Origin: Bigelowiella natans CCMP2755
Lineage: Eukaryota; Protista; Cercozoa
Reading direction: 5' to 3'
Assembly: GCA_000320545.1 (NCBI GenBank)
Contig: ADNK01002498.1
Coordinates: 3,515-67,514 of the forward strand
Length of the DNA stretch: 64,000 nucleotides
The translations under genes were made by a program, and so were the position numbers. The stretch's first letter is position 1. Every line of letters starts with the position of its first letter. This document shows positions 61,650 to 64,000 of the stretch, in pieces. A model generated the notes under the pieces. The model was not told the origin of the DNA. It searched no databases and was given only the letters and a program-made list of their open reading frames with translations.

Positions 61650-62399
61650 TCGCCCTATGAAAGCCCCACGTCCATTTAGAAACCTACAACATATAAACAT
61701 ATAGGCTGCAAGGTTTTAATGGCACACATCTTTGTATGTGTGTACCTTTCCTTGCGTATCTTGCTATGGACTATATGCACAGTGTCTTCCAGACACTCTC
61801 GCTATCATGGGGGCGAATGTAGAATACGCTATAGATTTCTATATGATTGCACAGTGTCTTCCAGACACTGCACAATCATGGGGGCGGATATAATAATGAA
61901 GACGAGATACCTAGTGTATAACAAATACGAAGTCAAATATAAGGAGAGAACATGCAAAAGCTGTATACTACAAGATACCTACGAAGTTAACAAAAGGAAA
62001 AACGATCGCCTGGAGATCCACACAATTATCGGTATTATATTGGAAGTGGCGAGGCATCTGCTGTGGCTCCTATGTACAATGGCCACAATAAAGAAATGCA
62101 GAGACCGCAACAAAGCAGCATGGGTAATATAGCGATTTCTAAGGCACGTGAACTTGAGTCTCCATACAGGGTTAACGGATCGTCCACAGCATGACTACCA
62201 AGGAGGGCCTATTCACAAAGACAACCAAATAGTTACGCAGAGAAATGGCTATCACAGATCCAGGCCGGTCGAAGCGGTGAATATTCATTATGAGGAAGTT
62301 AGCGCCCCTTATGGTGCTCAGTGATGACTCATTATTATATAAATAATTCAATAACCGTCGTTATAGCTTTCCGGTAAGAGAATCCTCGCTCCCCCCTTC

Positions 62400-63377
62400 A
62401 TGGAAGCAGGCAGAAGGGGAATCTATCACAATGAGGGTTCTGGCACAAAAGGTTATCATGGCAAGGACACCGATAGATCGAAATTGGCCGCACCTTATGA
62501 GACAAAATCGCGCCTACAGGGCGAAGCATACTTGGGGTCGAACGTTCGGGACCAGGCAAGAGCAGCGGTCCCTCAACAAAGCTTTGAGGGGGCTCCTCCA
62601 CCCCCCCTTCCTCGTCATATCACTAACGAAACAGCTAGTATTAGCTTAGTCTCACAAAAACGCAGCAACAATCTGGAATCTTTCTGGAACTTTCATGGGC
62701 ATCAGAAACAACCCTTCAAAGTAGACCGCCGTAGCCATCACAACGCAAACAGCAGCAGCAGTAGTGACAGTGTAAGTGACAGAGATGGCATCAAACAGCA
62801 ACGATCAAACCAGAAGGGTCGTGCTGCTCGTACTGCTGATGACGAAAAACAGAAGAAGAAGAAGAAGGAGGAAAGGACTACTTGCACTACCCACCTGTCT
62901 ACCTACCTACCGAGCCTTGGTCAACACCGCATGTGGGTGCAGGTGACGAACGTAGGGCATTCCGGAATTTTTCTGGAATCTTTCTGGAAGTGCCCAGGGG
63001 ATTCCAGAATTTTTTCTGGAAGTGCACCAGTGTCGCAGAAAAATTCTTTTCTGGAAGCACACTGGTGTCGTTCAAAAAAATTAATTTTTTGGACAAGTCC
63101 CAGTTCGTACCGAAATGGTGGCACCTTGCCCAGTCAGGCAAGAATTTTTCCTGCCGATTTCGGAGTGCACCATGCCCATGGCACCTTGCCCAGTTGCAAG
63201 CCTGGGAATTTTGTGCCTCTGCACAGAGTTTTTGGGCGTCTGGTGGTGCGATGTTTGGTCGGCAAAACATTGCCAACCATTCGGACTCCGAAACCTTTGG
63301 GAATGGCGTCCATGTGCAGCACCGTGCAAAAGTTCTGTCACCATGGCAGAAATGGCACGTGCACATCAGCACTCTGA
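62400..63377 (+). CDS. Possible additional ORF (325 aa) in the copia 3' region; low-complexity, host-like first half
   Basis: Open frame ending 17 nt before the PPT; no signal peptide or TM; its second half overlaps repeat-like DNA. Confidence 0.3.
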   Translation: MEAGRRGIYHNEGSGTKGYHGKDTDRSKLAAPYETKSRLQGEAYLGSNVRDQARAAVPQQSFEGAPPPPLPRHITNETASISLVSQKRSNNLESFWNFHGHQKQPFKVDRRSHHNANSSSSSDSVSDRDGIKQQRSNQKGRAARTADDEKQKKKKKEERTTCTTHLSTYLPSLGQHRMWVQVTNVGHSGIFLESFWKCPGDSRIFSGSAPVSQKNSFLEAHWCRSKKLIFWTSPSSYRNGGTLPSQARIFPADFGVHHAHGTLPSCKPGNFVPLHRVFGRLVVRCLVGKTLPTIRTPKPLGMASMCSTVQKFCHHGRNGTCTSAL

Positions 63378-63393
63378 TCGTGGTCACCACGTC

Positions 63394-63403
63394 CATGGGG
63401 GCG
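63394..63403 (+). other. Copia polypurine tract
   Basis: CATGGGGGCG abuts the 3' LTR start TGTCAGC. Confidence 0.8.
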
Positions 63404-63761
63404 TGTCAGCGGTCTGGCCGCGCCACCCACGATCAAGGAGCTGTCGCAGCATGCGCACGTCCACTCGTGCTGCACGCTGCGCTGCGCACATGCGCATGGA
63501 AGTTCTCAGAACTTCCAGAATCTTCGAGAACATTCCGGAAGCTTCGAGAACCTTCCAGAAACACTCGAGAGAATTCGAGAGAATTCTGGAAGATTCGAGA
63601 ATCTTCGCGAATGCGCCGGAACCCAATGCGCACATGCGTGCAGCGCAAGTCACAAGTCATCATCAGAATCCAAAAGCACACGAGACCGCGTGTTGACTTT
63701 CCAACATCAACAGCACAGTCCCGCGCACAAAAGCCAAACAGCTACCGCTAGTCCGCTAAAA
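63404..63761 (+). repeat. Copia 3' LTR (358 bp, TG...AA)
   Basis: Direct repeat of 56663-57020. Confidence 0.95.
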
Positions 63762-64000
63762 GCTAAGATGCCAAGATGTGGCCTAATCTAGCAGATGGCC
63801 ATTCGCATGCATTATGTGGAACTTCTTTGGCAAAAACAGATCTGCTAGAAGCTTGCTAGCTTGCGACTCTACCAGCCTACATGCAACAACAGCACCAAGT
63901 GTGAATAGTTCACACTGGACGCTCGAAGACGGAAAATGCTGTACGTAGTGCTGGAGAAAAGCGCTGTTTGGTGCTACGCTGCGATAACTCGTCTGGCCCC

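Larger units (their letters stand above)
56663..63761 (+). mobile_element. Full-length Ty1/copia LTR retrotransposon (tRNA-iMet half-molecule primed type), recent
   Basis: Two 358-bp LTRs identical by eye, PBS GGTTATGAGCC, PPT, intact ORF with order gag-PR-IN-RT-RH. No TSD visible. Confidence 0.96.

Noticed and set aside
62400-63377. env gene
   Set aside because: No signal peptide, TM helix or fusion-protein features.
1-64000. Many short ORFs with HTHT/YIYI/CVCV/ERER/LSLS runs, and antisense ORFs inside the polyproteins
   Set aside because: Translations of microsatellites or shadow frames. Long spurious ORFs in the islands and the copia LTR follow from loss of TAA/TAG stops with TpA depletion.
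1-64000. tRNA/rRNA genes or telomeric arrays
   Set aside because: GGTTCGA hits lie in coding or intronic context without cloverleafs; no rRNA-like or (TTAGGG)n tracts seen.

Overview
Eukaryotic nuclear DNA, probably from a protist or alga: GT-AG spliceosomal introns, many of them filled with microsatellites. The lineage cannot be fixed from sequence alone. There are about 11 host genes: a GPS+7TM receptor (5'-partial), a cytochrome P450, an unknown multi-pass membrane protein, MDM35/TRIAP1, a fatty-acid-hydroxylase/sterol-desaturase family enzyme, an Aa_trans transporter, peptidase S51, mitochondrial uL3, a Zn-finger+longin-like protein, an SRCR membrane protein, and a very large ART(PARP-like)+vWA protein. 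Two young, intact LTR retrotransposons are present, each with LTRs identical by eye: a Ty3/gypsy (7024-12739, minus) and a Ty1/copia (56663-63761, plus). Most notable observations: (1) The gypsy polyprotein ends in a degenerate DIRS/Dam-like N6-adenine methyltransferase-fold domain where chromoviruses carry a chromodomain, and its integrase core is shortened to DD(27)E. (2) Several 0.6-1 kb intergenic islands, and the copia LTR, are almost free of TpA except in CTA/TAG contexts, suggesting a localized TA->CA/TG mutational process; the gypsy sits inside such an island. (3) The copia LTR carries a 10+6-pentamer perfect heat-shock-element array, ends TG...AA and has no TSD. All exon structures, domain calls and counts were made by eye and need HMM/RNA-seq confirmation.
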